From positions 133,750 through 197,749 of the forward strand of contig JAIEPG010000002.1 in assembly GCA_019749895.1 (NCBI GenBank): a stretch of 64,000 nt of DNA, written 5' to 3'. A program made the translations under genes and the position numbers. Source of the DNA: Candidatus Babeliales bacterium. Its GTDB lineage: Bacteria; Babelota; Babeliae; Babelales; RVW-14. Position 1 is the first letter of the stretch. Each line of letters starts with the position of its first letter. This document shows, one piece after another, positions 52,514 through 61,837 of the stretch. Below the pieces are notes generated by a model. That model saw only the letters and a program-made list of their open reading frames with translations. It did not search any database and was not told the DNA's origin.

Positions 52514-55024
52514 ATGCGATGCACAATCAATCATTTTTTTCATGTGATTGCCAAAGCAATCTTATTGGTATTTTTGCTATGCGCTCCAGCATGGGCAGCT
52601 CCAAAGGCATCGCTAGCACAACCAGCAGCAAAGCGTGCAAATGTTAGCGTCAATTTTGACGCACCCAGCACTAATGACAAAAAAACAGAAGAAGCACCAA
52701 CTGCAACAACACAAGAAAATAAGAGCCTGCCTGCGAAAAAACAAAACGACACAAATACAGATTTTTATAACAAAGAAAATAAAGAAAACCAAGATCAAGC
52801 AAATATTTACCTCAACTTTGAAAATGCAAGCTTGGGAAGCGTTTTAAATTATTTAGCCGAACAAAAAAAGATTAACGTGTTACCACAAGGCGATCTTGAA
52901 GAACAAAAGGTCTCGCTGACCACGCGCAACCCGCTCACACTCGATCGCGCATGGAACGTGCTGCTTACGCTGCTAGAAATGAATGGCTTTAGCATTGTTA
53001 AAGTTGGCGATTTGCATCGCGTGATCTCCAATAAAGACAATGGACACGAACCATTACCAAGTTATTCGTCGCGCAAAGGAACCGAGCCTGAAGATCTACC
53101 AGACAGTGATTTAGTAGTTCGTTACATCTATTTCTTCAAAAATATGCAGGCCGAAGTTGCACAAAGCATTTTGACAACCATGCTTGAAGGCGACGGCGCG
53201 GTGCAAGTAAACCAAGACTTGCAAGTGTGCATTATGAAAGAAAAGTGCTTTAACATTAAAGCCGCGATGCGCATTGTTAAAGAGCTCGACATTGGCGGTT
53301 TGCGTGAAGGTATTAAAATTATTCAGCTTCAAGAAGCTGATTCTGAAGCCGTAGAAACATTATTTAAAGAAGTTTTGGGTAGCGAAGACGAATCGCGCAG
53401 AATTCGTTTTATTAATAAAGCTTCCCAGCAAGGAAAATCATATTTCTCTTCAGCAACAAAAATTTTTGCATATCCTGCTAAAAATTCCATTATCTTACTT
53501 GGCATGCAAAAAAATATTGAACGCATTACTGACTTTATTTATAAACACATCGACGTACCAATTGGTACTGCTCAATCGCGTATTCACATCAAAGAAGTGC
53601 GCTATGCAAAGTCAGAAAATCTTAAACCAATTCTTGAAAATATTGTTAAACCACCAGCAGGCCAAGGCTCTGAAAAAAGCCCAGTTGTTGGTAAATTTAA
53701 ATTTTTTGAAGACGTTATTATTGCTGCTGAAGGCGAAGGACAAGAAGCTGGGCGCGGCAGCGGCAACCGCTTAATTGTTGCGTGCAACCAAGAAGACTGG
53801 GTACGTCTTGAAAAATTTATTGATAAATTAGACAAACCACAAGCTCAAGTAGCCTTTGAAGTTATGATCATTGACGTTACGCTTGACCAAGCAAAAGAAC
53901 TTGGCGCTCAATTTCAAAATAAACAAGGCAATCAAATAGGCTTGGGCCTCAACAGCATTGAACTTACAAATCTTAGCTCAGGTGCAGATCTAACTCGAAA
54001 TCAAGTACCAGCAGGATCAGAAGAAATTGGTATGAAAAATTTAATTGATCTTACAACAAAAGAGAATTTGGGCCAAGGCTATCCAAGCTTTTTAACACTT
54101 GGTAAAACAGGCATTATTAATGGTATGCGCGAAAGCAATATTTGGGCAATAGTTCGCAGTGTTTTTAAAACAGACAATGCCCACATTATTGGCCAACCTT
54201 ACATTGTAACTAACAATGGCCAACCTTGCTTTATTGAAGTTACCGAACAACGACGCGTTGACGCAGGCTTGCGTTCAGAACGTGGTGAACAAGTGCGTAC
54301 AACCAAAGAATCTCTCGATGCTGCAACCCGCGTTGATTTAACACCTCAAATAAATTCTGACGGAATTATTGACCTTTCAATTAAAATACAACTCGACAGC
54401 TTTGAAAGCACTGACCCAAACAAAGAAGCGAACAAAAGCACGCGTAATATTGAAACACGCGCTAACATAGCTGCTGGCGAGGTATTGGTACTTGGCGGAC
54501 TAAAGGTAAGCGGGCAAACAATTAATTTATGGAAAACCCCAATTTTAGGAGACATTCCAATTCTTGGTAATTTATTTAAAAGCAAAACAAAAGCAAAAAC
54601 AGAAAAGAATTTGTATGTCTTTATCCGCCCTTCAATAATCAAACCAAAATTTGAAGGAGCACCAGACGAATACACGCAACTTAAACTTGATTATGCAAAA
54701 CTACAAATGATGAAGAACGATCTTTATATTAAAGATAGCGATCCAATTCAACGCTGGTTTTTTAGACCAACTAACTATTCAGTAAAACAAACTATTGCTG
54801 ACGCTAAAAATGGCCGCATGCGACCAATTGATAAATTTACCTACGGACAAAACACGCCAAAACTAGTCAACATTCAAGAAGATCCGTATTTTAAAGATGC
54901 TGAAAGTCTTGCAAAACAACGAGAGTTAAAACAACGCCGACGTAACAGGTTTGCCGGCGCCAAGGTTGCATCGATTGACCAAGACCCTCTTGATCAGCTA
55001 AAGTCACGAAAAAAGAAAGCTTAA
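52514..55024 (+). CDS. Secretin B (GspD/PilQ family), paralog of secretin A
   Basis: Signal peptide (LLCAPAWA-AP), an N0 domain (NIYLNFENASLGSVLNYLAEQKKINVLPQ...VSLTTRNPLTLDRAWNVLLTLLEMNGFSIVKVGDLHRVIS) and a secretin core (VLVLGGLKV...TPILGDIPILGNLFKSK...LYVFIRPSIIKP). Confidence 0.9.
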   Translation: MRCTINHFFHVIAKAILLVFLLCAPAWAAPKASLAQPAAKRANVSVNFDAPSTNDKKTEEAPTATTQENKSLPAKKQNDTNTDFYNKENKENQDQANIYLNFENASLGSVLNYLAEQKKINVLPQGDLEEQKVSLTTRNPLTLDRAWNVLLTLLEMNGFSIVKVGDLHRVISNKDNGHEPLPSYSSRKGTEPEDLPDSDLVVRYIYFFKNMQAEVAQSILTTMLEGDGAVQVNQDLQVCIMKEKCFNIKAAMRIVKELDIGGLREGIKIIQLQEADSEAVETLFKEVLGSEDESRRIRFINKASQQGKSYFSSATKIFAYPAKNSIILLGMQKNIERITDFIYKHIDVPIGTAQSRIHIKEVRYAKSENLKPILENIVKPPAGQGSEKSPVVGKFKFFEDVIIAAEGEGQEAGRGSGNRLIVACNQEDWVRLEKFIDKLDKPQAQVAFEVMIIDVTLDQAKELGAQFQNKQGNQIGLGLNSIELTNLSSGADLTRNQVPAGSEEIGMKNLIDLTTKENLGQGYPSFLTLGKTGIINGMRESNIWAIVRSVFKTDNAHIIGQPYIVTNNGQPCFIEVTEQRRVDAGLRSERGEQVRTTKESLDAATRVDLTPQINSDGIIDLSIKIQLDSFESTDPNKEANKSTRNIETRANIAAGEVLVLGGLKVSGQTINLWKTPILGDIPILGNLFKSKTKAKTEKNLYVFIRPSIIKPKFEGAPDEYTQLKLDYAKLQMMKNDLYIKDSDPIQRWFFRPTNYSVKQTIADAKNGRMRPIDKFTYGQNTPKLVNIQEDPYFKDAESLAKQRELKQRRRNRFAGAKVASIDQDPLDQLKSRKKKA

Positions 55025-55049
55025 AAAACAGACAAACACTCGCGTGTAT

Positions 55050-55757
55050 TTACTTTTGATTATTGCAGTCATGCATCTTGCTGCAATGTTCTTTGATAAT
55101 GTGAAATGCCGTTTGAACGGTATCAACCACTTGTATAATATTGCGATCTTCTGGAATTATTAAGTTTTCTGCCAAAGATTTTTCTTCTATCCACTGAATA
55201 ATTGGCTGCCAATAAGCGCTTTCAACAAGTAAAATGGGCGCTCTTTGCATATAACCTGTTTGCATCAGTGTTACAATTTCAAACAATTCATCCAGTGTTC
55301 CAAACCCACCAGGAAATATTGCAAAGCCAACAGAATAGCGCACAAGCAACCATTTACGTGTAAAGAAATGGTCCATAATAATACTTTCTTGAACGTAGGG
55401 ATTGGGTTTTTCTTTGTTCAAGCGAACCAAACCAATACCAGCAGAAACAATTGGTTGGCAATGTGCACCATTTTTGATATTACATTCACGCAAGTAATCA
55501 ATAGCTCCTTCATTTGCTGCTTCCATAATACCCGGCCCGCCACCAGTGATAATAGAAAAACCCGCCTCTACTAACATTTTTGAAAGCTCGCGCGCTTTTT
55601 GTGCATAAATACTGTTGGCATCAATGCGCGAACCACCAAAGATGGTAATTGTTGGTTGCGGCAATTTGGTAAGCTTCCACATACCCCACAAAAGACGAAT
55701 GTTAATGTGAAACAAACTTCCTAAAAATCGCATGTAATATTTTAAGCGTCGCAACAT
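55050..55757 (-). CDS. LOG-family (TIGR00730) nucleotide phosphoribohydrolase-like protein
   Basis: The GGGPGIMEAANEGA and PGGFGTLDELFE motifs are present. Confidence 0.85.
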   Translation of the reverse strand: MLRRLKYYMRFLGSLFHINIRLLWGMWKLTKLPQPTITIFGGSRIDANSIYAQKARELSKMLVEAGFSIITGGGPGIMEAANEGAIDYLRECNIKNGAHCQPIVSAGIGLVRLNKEKPNPYVQESIIMDHFFTRKWLLVRYSVGFAIFPGGFGTLDELFEIVTLMQTGYMQRAPILLVESAYWQPIIQWIEEKSLAENLIIPEDRNIIQVVDTVQTAFHIIKEHCSKMHDCNNQK

Positions 55758-55786
55758 AGTCCTATCTCCTCACGCAAACCAAGCTA

Positions 55787-56725
55787 TTATCCTTTTAACA
55801 ACGCTTTTGCCTTTTCAACATCTGCATCGTCGATAACTATTTTTGCAACAGCAGAACAGAAATTTAAGGCCTCTTTGAGTGGCTTTTGAAAAATGTTGCG
55901 ACCAATGGCAACACCACTGGTACCGCCGGTATGAATTTGATGATACAAATCTTCAAGAAACGAATGTGCGTTTTTTTGTGGACCGCCAGCACAAATAACT
56001 TTGGTGCGACCAGCAGCCGTTGTAGCTTGTACCAGGCGCTGCGCACTTTCAAAACCACTGCTCGCGTCAGGAATATTAACTTTTACAAAATCTACACCCA
56101 GAGCCGCGCCCACACCTGCCGCGCCCGCAATAATACTTTCGTGACGTTCTTGCGTAACCGCTTTGCCACGCGGGTAGCACCACAAAATAGTTACCAACCC
56201 ATTTCGCTGTGCTTGATACATAACATGCGCTGCCTCGGCCAACATGGCCGATTCATGCAAACTGCCCAAATAAACGGTATACCCAACGCCCGCAATGTTT
56301 AAGCCGGAGTTTTTTTTGAATTCTAAAACATCGTCAATCGTATACAACAAGCGACTAATCGGATCGCCATTTTGAGCAGAAACTAAATTTGTTTTGCTGT
56401 TCATTTTTACGATGTAAGAAACGTTAGCATAATCTTTACCATACTTACTAATCAAGCCAAGCTGCGTGGCAAAAGCACCAATGCGGGCCTTGCTCGCAAT
56501 TTCAAACAAATGCTCGGGGTCTGCAGCTTCGCTTGCAATGCCCTTGCCATAAAAATCTTGATTTAAATGCTCTATCTTTTGGTCAGCCGCAAAAAGAAAT
56601 AACCGGCCAGAACTGGCGGTTACGTTTAAATAATTTTTTTCATATTCCTGATGCAAAGCCTGTGAAACAGCAGCAGGAATTTGTACTGATTTTTCTTCAA
56701 CAATTCTTCGTATCGACTTTGCCAT
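55787..56725 (-). CDS. Class I fructose-bisphosphate aldolase-like protein (DeoC/LacD / DhnA-type family)
   Basis: TIM-barrel aldolase pattern: ...DFVKVNIP (candidate Schiff-base Lys), ...VICAGGP... and GVAIGRNIFQ at the C-terminus. 312 aa. The exact substrate is not assignable by eye. Confidence 0.65.
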   Translation of the reverse strand: MAKSIRRIVEEKSVQIPAAVSQALHQEYEKNYLNVTASSGRLFLFAADQKIEHLNQDFYGKGIASEAADPEHLFEIASKARIGAFATQLGLISKYGKDYANVSYIVKMNSKTNLVSAQNGDPISRLLYTIDDVLEFKKNSGLNIAGVGYTVYLGSLHESAMLAEAAHVMYQAQRNGLVTILWCYPRGKAVTQERHESIIAGAAGVGAALGVDFVKVNIPDASSGFESAQRLVQATTAAGRTKVICAGGPQKNAHSFLEDLYHQIHTGGTSGVAIGRNIFQKPLKEALNFCSAVAKIVIDDADVEKAKALLKG

Positions 56726-56804
56726 GGCCTACCTGCTCCTCTTTTTTAACCTTTTCTTATCTGGCACCAAGCTTAGTCAATCAAAAACTAACTATCAAAG
56801 CAAT

Positions 56805-57641
56805 CTAAAAATTTCCCTGAAAAACACAGGTAGCCTGAGCCTTTAAAAAAATCTCGCCTTGCTCGTTGCACCAGCCAAGCACCGCACCACCCGGCATACT
56901 TATGCGCACCACATTGCCAGCCACCAACTCTTTTTGTTGCATCAAAACACGGAGCACCGCTGCCGCACCAGAACTACATGCCTGCGTCATACCACACCCG
57001 CGCTCGTGCACCAACAGATGGTAAAGATCAGGCTCTTTGTCATCGCGCCACACAAACTCAACGTTGGTACCATGCGCAAAACTCTTATGCCGCTCAATTG
57101 CCTGCCCATGCTGTAAAAGCCACGCACGATCTTTTTGTTGCATCACCACAAAATGTGGATTGCCCACGTCAACACAATGTCCCTGAAGCGATTCGTTTTC
57201 AATTTTGATTGAGCAGGTATCTTGATAATGTGCCACGCCAACATTGGTAGTTATCGTCAAGTCTTCAAGCTTGTCACGCGCGCCTTCAACCTGATTAGTA
57301 ATAATGCGCTGACCAACCCGCAGAGCAATAGTATTGCTCTGCCCGTACTGCGTAAATAAATAATGCACCATACACCGCAAGCCATTTAAACACATCTGCG
57401 CTTGCGATCCATCGGCATTAAAAATCAGCATCTCGTGCAAATGACGGCTTGGGTCTGTTTTTAAAACTAAAACACCATCGGCACCAACGCCAGTATTTCT
57501 ATTGCAAACGCTCACCACAAAGTCATGCCAGCGCTGACTGCCTAGCATACTTTGAATGTACATATCGGGCTTTTTGTACCAGTCTAAAATAATAAAATCG
57601 TTGCCCAACGATTGATATTTAAGAAAATTTTTTAGTAACAT
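56805..57641 (-). CDS. dapF: Diaminopimelate epimerase
   Basis: QSLGNDFIILD, CLNGLRC, VGNPHFV and ERGCGMTQACSSGAAA (the two catalytic-Cys regions). Confidence 0.9.
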   Translation of the reverse strand: MLLKNFLKYQSLGNDFIILDWYKKPDMYIQSMLGSQRWHDFVVSVCNRNTGVGADGVLVLKTDPSRHLHEMLIFNADGSQAQMCLNGLRCMVHYLFTQYGQSNTIALRVGQRIITNQVEGARDKLEDLTITTNVGVAHYQDTCSIKIENESLQGHCVDVGNPHFVVMQQKDRAWLLQHGQAIERHKSFAHGTNVEFVWRDDKEPDLYHLLVHERGCGMTQACSSGAAAVLRVLMQQKELVAGNVVRISMPGGAVLGWCNEQGEIFLKAQATCVFQGNF

Positions 57642-57643
57642 AA

Positions 57644-58186
57644 TTATTGATCAACTGGATGATTTTTGCGCCATTCAACCTCTGCATTCTGCAACGCTTG
57701 CGCCCATTTCAAAAATCCTTTACTTGCAGCAACCATTGCAGGCGTTACTCCGTTATTATCTTCCAGCGTTGGATTAGCTCCTCTTGCAAAAAGCAGCTTT
57801 ATCGCTTCAATATTTTCCCAATAGACTGCCCAATGCAGGGGTGATCGGCCATACTTACTATCTCGAACATTGGGATCAACAACAAGATTAAAAAGAATCT
57901 CTGAATGCTCGCTATATCCTTTGCAAGAAGAGATATGCGCAAGCGTATTACTTATTGATTGTGGAGAAATACACCCTGACCGATGCCCCAAACCACTACA
58001 AAAAGAGCTCGGGCTGAATCTTAATTCATGCTGATTACGCGGCGTAAAAATAGTGTAAAAATGCTGAAGAACCGACGTTACTTCATCAGATATATAATCC
58101 GAAGTAAGCATCGGCGCAGCACTCGAACTCGCCGAACCTGCCAGCAAAAAAGAAGTAAAGAAAAGTACAAATGATTTTTTAATCAT
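57644..58186 (-). CDS. Secreted ankyrin-repeat protein
   Basis: Sec-type signal peptide (MIKKSFVLFFTSFLLAGSASSSAAP) plus ANK repeat sequence (GRSPLHWAVYWENIEAIKLLFARGANPTLEDNNGVTPAMVAA). It overlaps the cysK stop by 8 nt and ends 2 nt before the dapF start. Confidence 0.8.
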   Translation of the reverse strand: MIKKSFVLFFTSFLLAGSASSSAAPMLTSDYISDEVTSVLQHFYTIFTPRNQHELRFSPSSFCSGLGHRSGCISPQSISNTLAHISSCKGYSEHSEILFNLVVDPNVRDSKYGRSPLHWAVYWENIEAIKLLFARGANPTLEDNNGVTPAMVAASKGFLKWAQALQNAEVEWRKNHPVDQ

Positions 58187-59156
58187 GTGCTACTTCTCCC
58201 ACAACTTGAAAAGCTGTTTTTTTTGCTTCTTCAGCCATAAAAACCTTTTTCAAGTACGAACGGCCAGAGTCTGCCAATATGACAACAACCACGTCATTTT
58301 CATCAAGTCCTTTGGCATATTCAAGCGCAACGTGCAACACAGCCCCGCTGCTAATACCAACCAGCAAACCGTAATCTTGCGCAGCTCTGCGCGTCATAGC
58401 AAAAGCATCTTCGTCGGTGATGGGCACAATGGTATCAATCAGTGATTCAACAAAAACATCGCTCATCACGTCAATGCCCAACCCCTCAACTTTATAAGCC
58501 TTTGGATTTGGCGAGGAGTAAAACGAGGTTGCCGCATCAACGCCAACAACTTTAATATTTTTGTTTTGTTCTTTCAGGTACTGCGCAATGCCGCACATGG
58601 TACCGGTGGTGCCAGCGCCAGCAATAACATGCGTTACGCTGCCATTGGTTTGCTGCCAAATTTCAGGACCAGTTGAAGCATAATGCGCCATCCGGTTGAG
58701 CGGATTGAAATATTGGTTGGGCATAAATGCGCCCGGCGTTTGAGCCAAAATAGCTTCGGCGCGCGCATGGTACCCACGCGGGTCGTGATGCGAATCAGCA
58801 TTTGGGCACACATGTACTTCGGCACCATAAGCACGCAAAATTGCTATTTTTTCTTCGGCGGTTCTGTCTGGCACGGTAATAATAACGCGATAGCCTTTGA
58901 CCGCGCCAATCATGGCCAGTGCTATGCCTTGGTTACCCGACGTTGCTTCAACAATAGTGCCACCCGGTTTAAGCTTACCGGTGCGCTCAGCTTCTTCCAC
59001 CATAAACAAAGCACTACGGTCTTTAATGCTACCGCCTGGATTTAAAAATTCCAGCTTGGCAAGAACCGTTGGGCGCACGCCAAGATCAAGCTTAACGATT
59101 GGCGTATTGCCAATCATATCAAGCATACTCTTATATCTTTTGGTTGTTTCATTCAT
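58179..59156 (-). CDS. cysK: Cysteine synthase / O-acetylserine sulfhydrylase family PLP enzyme
   Basis: NPGGSIKDRSA (PLP lysine), TSGNQGIALA and the GAGTTGT loop. The 325-aa protein has no CBS-pair domain. Confidence 0.8.
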   Translation of the reverse strand: MNETTKRYKSMLDMIGNTPIVKLDLGVRPTVLAKLEFLNPGGSIKDRSALFMVEEAERTGKLKPGGTIVEATSGNQGIALAMIGAVKGYRVIITVPDRTAEEKIAILRAYGAEVHVCPNADSHHDPRGYHARAEAILAQTPGAFMPNQYFNPLNRMAHYASTGPEIWQQTNGSVTHVIAGAGTTGTMCGIAQYLKEQNKNIKVVGVDAATSFYSSPNPKAYKVEGLGIDVMSDVFVESLIDTIVPITDEDAFAMTRRAAQDYGLLVGISSGAVLHVALEYAKGLDENDVVVVILADSGRSYLKKVFMAEEAKKTAFQVVGEVAHD

Positions 59157-59336
59157 AATTAAAATCCTACTTTTTTGACGATCTACAGGACTAAAAAAGG
59201 TATCGCTTAGTGTAAAACCTTTTTTTAATTCTTGCCACCTCGATCTTATGCCAGTTGCAATTATGCGAGATTAGCGCGATAATTAATCGTACAGAACAAT
59301 GATGTTTGACGGTATCACTGAAAAAAGAGGTCGCTC

Positions 59337-60764
59337 ATGGCTGAAAAAATTCGCGTTCGCTTTGCACCATCACCAACCGGATTTATGCATTTAGGTAATG
59401 TTCGAGCAGCACTCATGAATTATCTTTTTGCCAAAAACCAAAATGGTACATTTATTTTGCGCATTGAAGACACGGACGAAAAAAGAAATCTTGACGAAGC
59501 ACGCGCAAAAATTTTGAGCGATCTTGAATGGCTTGGACTTGAGTACACAGAAGGTCCCTACAAAGGGGGTCCTTACGAGCCATACCTACAATCTGAACGC
59601 GAACATCTTTACCAAGAAAAATTAGCGCTCCTTATCGACATGAAGCGCGCTTACCGCTGCTTTTGTACCATTGAAGAGCTCGAGCACAAGCGCGCTCGCC
59701 AAATTGCACTCAAACAACCACCACGCTACGACCGCACCTGCCTGCGCTACACCGAAGCTCAAATTCAAGAAAAGCTTGCTGCTGCACTCCCATTCATTTG
59801 GCGCTGCAAAATTGAAGAAGGGCACTCTGTCACTATCTCTGACATGGCAAAAGGCAACGTTCTTTTTGATATGAAAAACTTTTCAGACTTTGCGCTGACC
59901 AGAACAAGCGGTACTTCAACGTTTATGTTTGCCAACTTTGTTGACGACTGGCTTATGGAAATTTCGCATGTTATTCGCGGCGAAGATCACTTAACAAATA
60001 CAGCCATGCAAGCAGAGCTCTATCACGCATTTTCTTTGCCTTTACCAATATTTTGGCACTTGCCAATTATTTGTAACAGCACCGGAGAAAAACTCTCTAA
60101 ACGTGACTTTGGCTTCAGCCTTGAAGATTTAAAAGAAGCCGGCTTCTTGCCTGCTGCTATTGTTAATTATTTGGCAATTATTGGAGCATCATTTAAAGAA
60201 GAAATTCAATCACTTGAAGAGTTGGGCAAAAATTTCGATTTCTCACACCTGCACGCCAGCAGCTCAATGAAATATGACCTTGAAAAGTTGACGTGGATTA
60301 ACCATCAATGGATATCACGCACTAATTCTTATGAAATGATGGAACAATTAAAAGGCTTGTTGCACAAAGAAATTCCTGCAAGCAGTGAGACAAACCCACA
60401 AGAGCTTGAAAATTTAATTACGCTTTTAAAACCAGAATTGAAGACGTTGAACGATATTGTTTCATTAGCTGCCTTTTATTTTGACACACCAATCGTTCAC
60501 AAAGAAGACCTTGTGGCACATGTTGGCGCAGAAAAAACAGAACATATTTTGCGCAGCATTGAAGCGTGTAAACAATACCTACCCAATACCGAACTTTTTC
60601 TCGAACACCTAAAAACACTTGGGAAAGAACACGGGATTAGCATGAAAGAACTCTTTGGCTCAATACGATACCTGCTAACCGGTCAGTTCCAAGGTATTGG
60701 CATTAAAGATCTTCTCAATGTACTGCAGCCTGCTCTTGTTGAACAACGTTTATCTATGAACTAA
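59337..60764 (+). CDS. gltX: Glutamyl-tRNA synthetase
   Basis: RFAPSPTGFMHLGNVR (HIGH-class motif) and KLSKRD (KMSKS-class motif). 475 aa. Confidence 0.95.
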   Translation: MAEKIRVRFAPSPTGFMHLGNVRAALMNYLFAKNQNGTFILRIEDTDEKRNLDEARAKILSDLEWLGLEYTEGPYKGGPYEPYLQSEREHLYQEKLALLIDMKRAYRCFCTIEELEHKRARQIALKQPPRYDRTCLRYTEAQIQEKLAAALPFIWRCKIEEGHSVTISDMAKGNVLFDMKNFSDFALTRTSGTSTFMFANFVDDWLMEISHVIRGEDHLTNTAMQAELYHAFSLPLPIFWHLPIICNSTGEKLSKRDFGFSLEDLKEAGFLPAAIVNYLAIIGASFKEEIQSLEELGKNFDFSHLHASSSMKYDLEKLTWINHQWISRTNSYEMMEQLKGLLHKEIPASSETNPQELENLITLLKPELKTLNDIVSLAAFYFDTPIVHKEDLVAHVGAEKTEHILRSIEACKQYLPNTELFLEHLKTLGKEHGISMKELFGSIRYLLTGQFQGIGIKDLLNVLQPALVEQRLSMN

Positions 60765-61015
60765 CTAATGGCCAGATCATCCTCTTTGATCCTGTTTGGC
60801 TTTTCTTCACAAGAAAGAATAGCCCCTTTTTCCATTAAACAGTCAATAACGTGCAGAAATTGTTCCTCTTGGCTGTCGGGAACAAAGAACTCGATAACGT
60901 TTCTGCGGCCTTCCAAGGCACGCGCAAAAGCAACGTTATCTTCATTGCGGAAAACACCTATGACCAACCATGTCTTTTCTTTAAGCACTTGTGCTTGATA
61001 ATATTTGCAATACAT
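60761..61015 (-). CDS. Hypothetical small protein
   Basis: 84-aa ORF with an ATG start. It fills the gap after gltX, with a 4-nt convergent overlap. I recognised no motif. Confidence 0.45.
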   Translation of the reverse strand: MYCKYYQAQVLKEKTWLVIGVFRNEDNVAFARALEGRRNVIEFFVPDSQEEQFLHVIDCLMEKGAILSCEEKPNRIKEDDLAIS

Positions 61016-61105
61016 GATCTCATACCCCCACGGCTATAAAGGCCCTATTTTTCCGTCCTTGTTATGTACCAGTGTACTTGGCATGGCCTCAATTGTAAAA
61101 GTCTT

Positions 61106-61146
61106 AAAAAAATGCCTCACTTTATCCCTAAAGTGAGGCATTTTTT
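61106..61146 (-). terminator. Rho-independent terminator downstream of the acidic secreted protein gene
   Basis: A7 - TGCCTCACTTT - atccct - AAAGTGAGGCA - T6. This is a perfect 11-bp stem. The A-run supplies the U-tract for the minus-strand transcript. Confidence 0.7.
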
Positions 61147-61195
61147 GATACTATATTTTTTTAAAAAACAGGACAAATCGCGCCTATTTGGCCCC

Positions 61196-61837
61196 TTATT
61201 CTGCTGCTTCTTCTGTTTCTGGTGCGGGAGCAACTACTTCTTCTACTTCTGGCGCGCTTTCTTCAGCTGGCTCTTGAACAACTTCTTCTTCGACTAATTC
61301 TTCTTCACTTGGCGCTTCTTCTGGTTCATTAGCCCCACTCATGCCAAGTGCCTCAGTTTCTTCTTCTGGAGCTGCTTCTTCTTCAGTTGATCCTTCTTCA
61401 GTTGTCGCATCTTCTTCTTCAACAGCAGTTTCTTCTTCTGGTTCTTCAGCTGTTTCAGCTTTTGGTATTTCAGGGATTTTTGGTGCTTCAGGAACCACAA
61501 CTGCCAGTTTTGCAGCAGGTAGCTCTGACGGCTTTTCTACCGGAACAGCAACCACAGCGGGCTTACTTGTTTGTTTCAACTGCTCTGGATATAAATCACC
61601 AAACCGTTTTAACGCAGCCGTTGCATCTTGATAATACCGCGCTAACGTACTCCAGTCTGTCCACTCAACAACTGCCAAAAACCTGAGCAACTCATCTTTT
61701 GAATCTTTGACACGCTCAACAACTCCCTGGCCAATTTCAGTTGACTGCTGGCTAGACAAATCACGAATATCAACTCCCTGACATTGATAACTCATCACCA
61801 AAAACAAAGAAACCAAACTTAAACTACGAACATTCAT
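61196..61837 (-). CDS. Secreted protein with a highly acidic E/A/P/V-rich C-terminal half
   Basis: Signal peptide (MNVRSLSLVSLFLVMSYQCQG), a ~90-aa globular N-region and then ~110 aa dominated by Glu/Ala/Pro/Val. A terminator lies downstream. Confidence 0.7.
   Translation of the reverse strand: MNVRSLSLVSLFLVMSYQCQGVDIRDLSSQQSTEIGQGVVERVKDSKDELLRFLAVVEWTDWSTLARYYQDATAALKRFGDLYPEQLKQTSKPAVVAVPVEKPSELPAAKLAVVVPEAPKIPEIPKAETAEEPEEETAVEEEDATTEEGSTEEEAAPEEETEALGMSGANEPEEAPSEEELVEEEVVQEPAEESAPEVEEVVAPAPETEEAAE

Noticed and set aside
61341-61686. Two plus-strand ORFs (96 and 112 aa) antisense to the acidic secreted protein gene
   Set aside because: These arise the same way, as antisense of a GAA-rich tract giving poly-Ser/Leu. 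The minus-strand frame has a signal peptide, a non-repetitive N-domain and a terminator.
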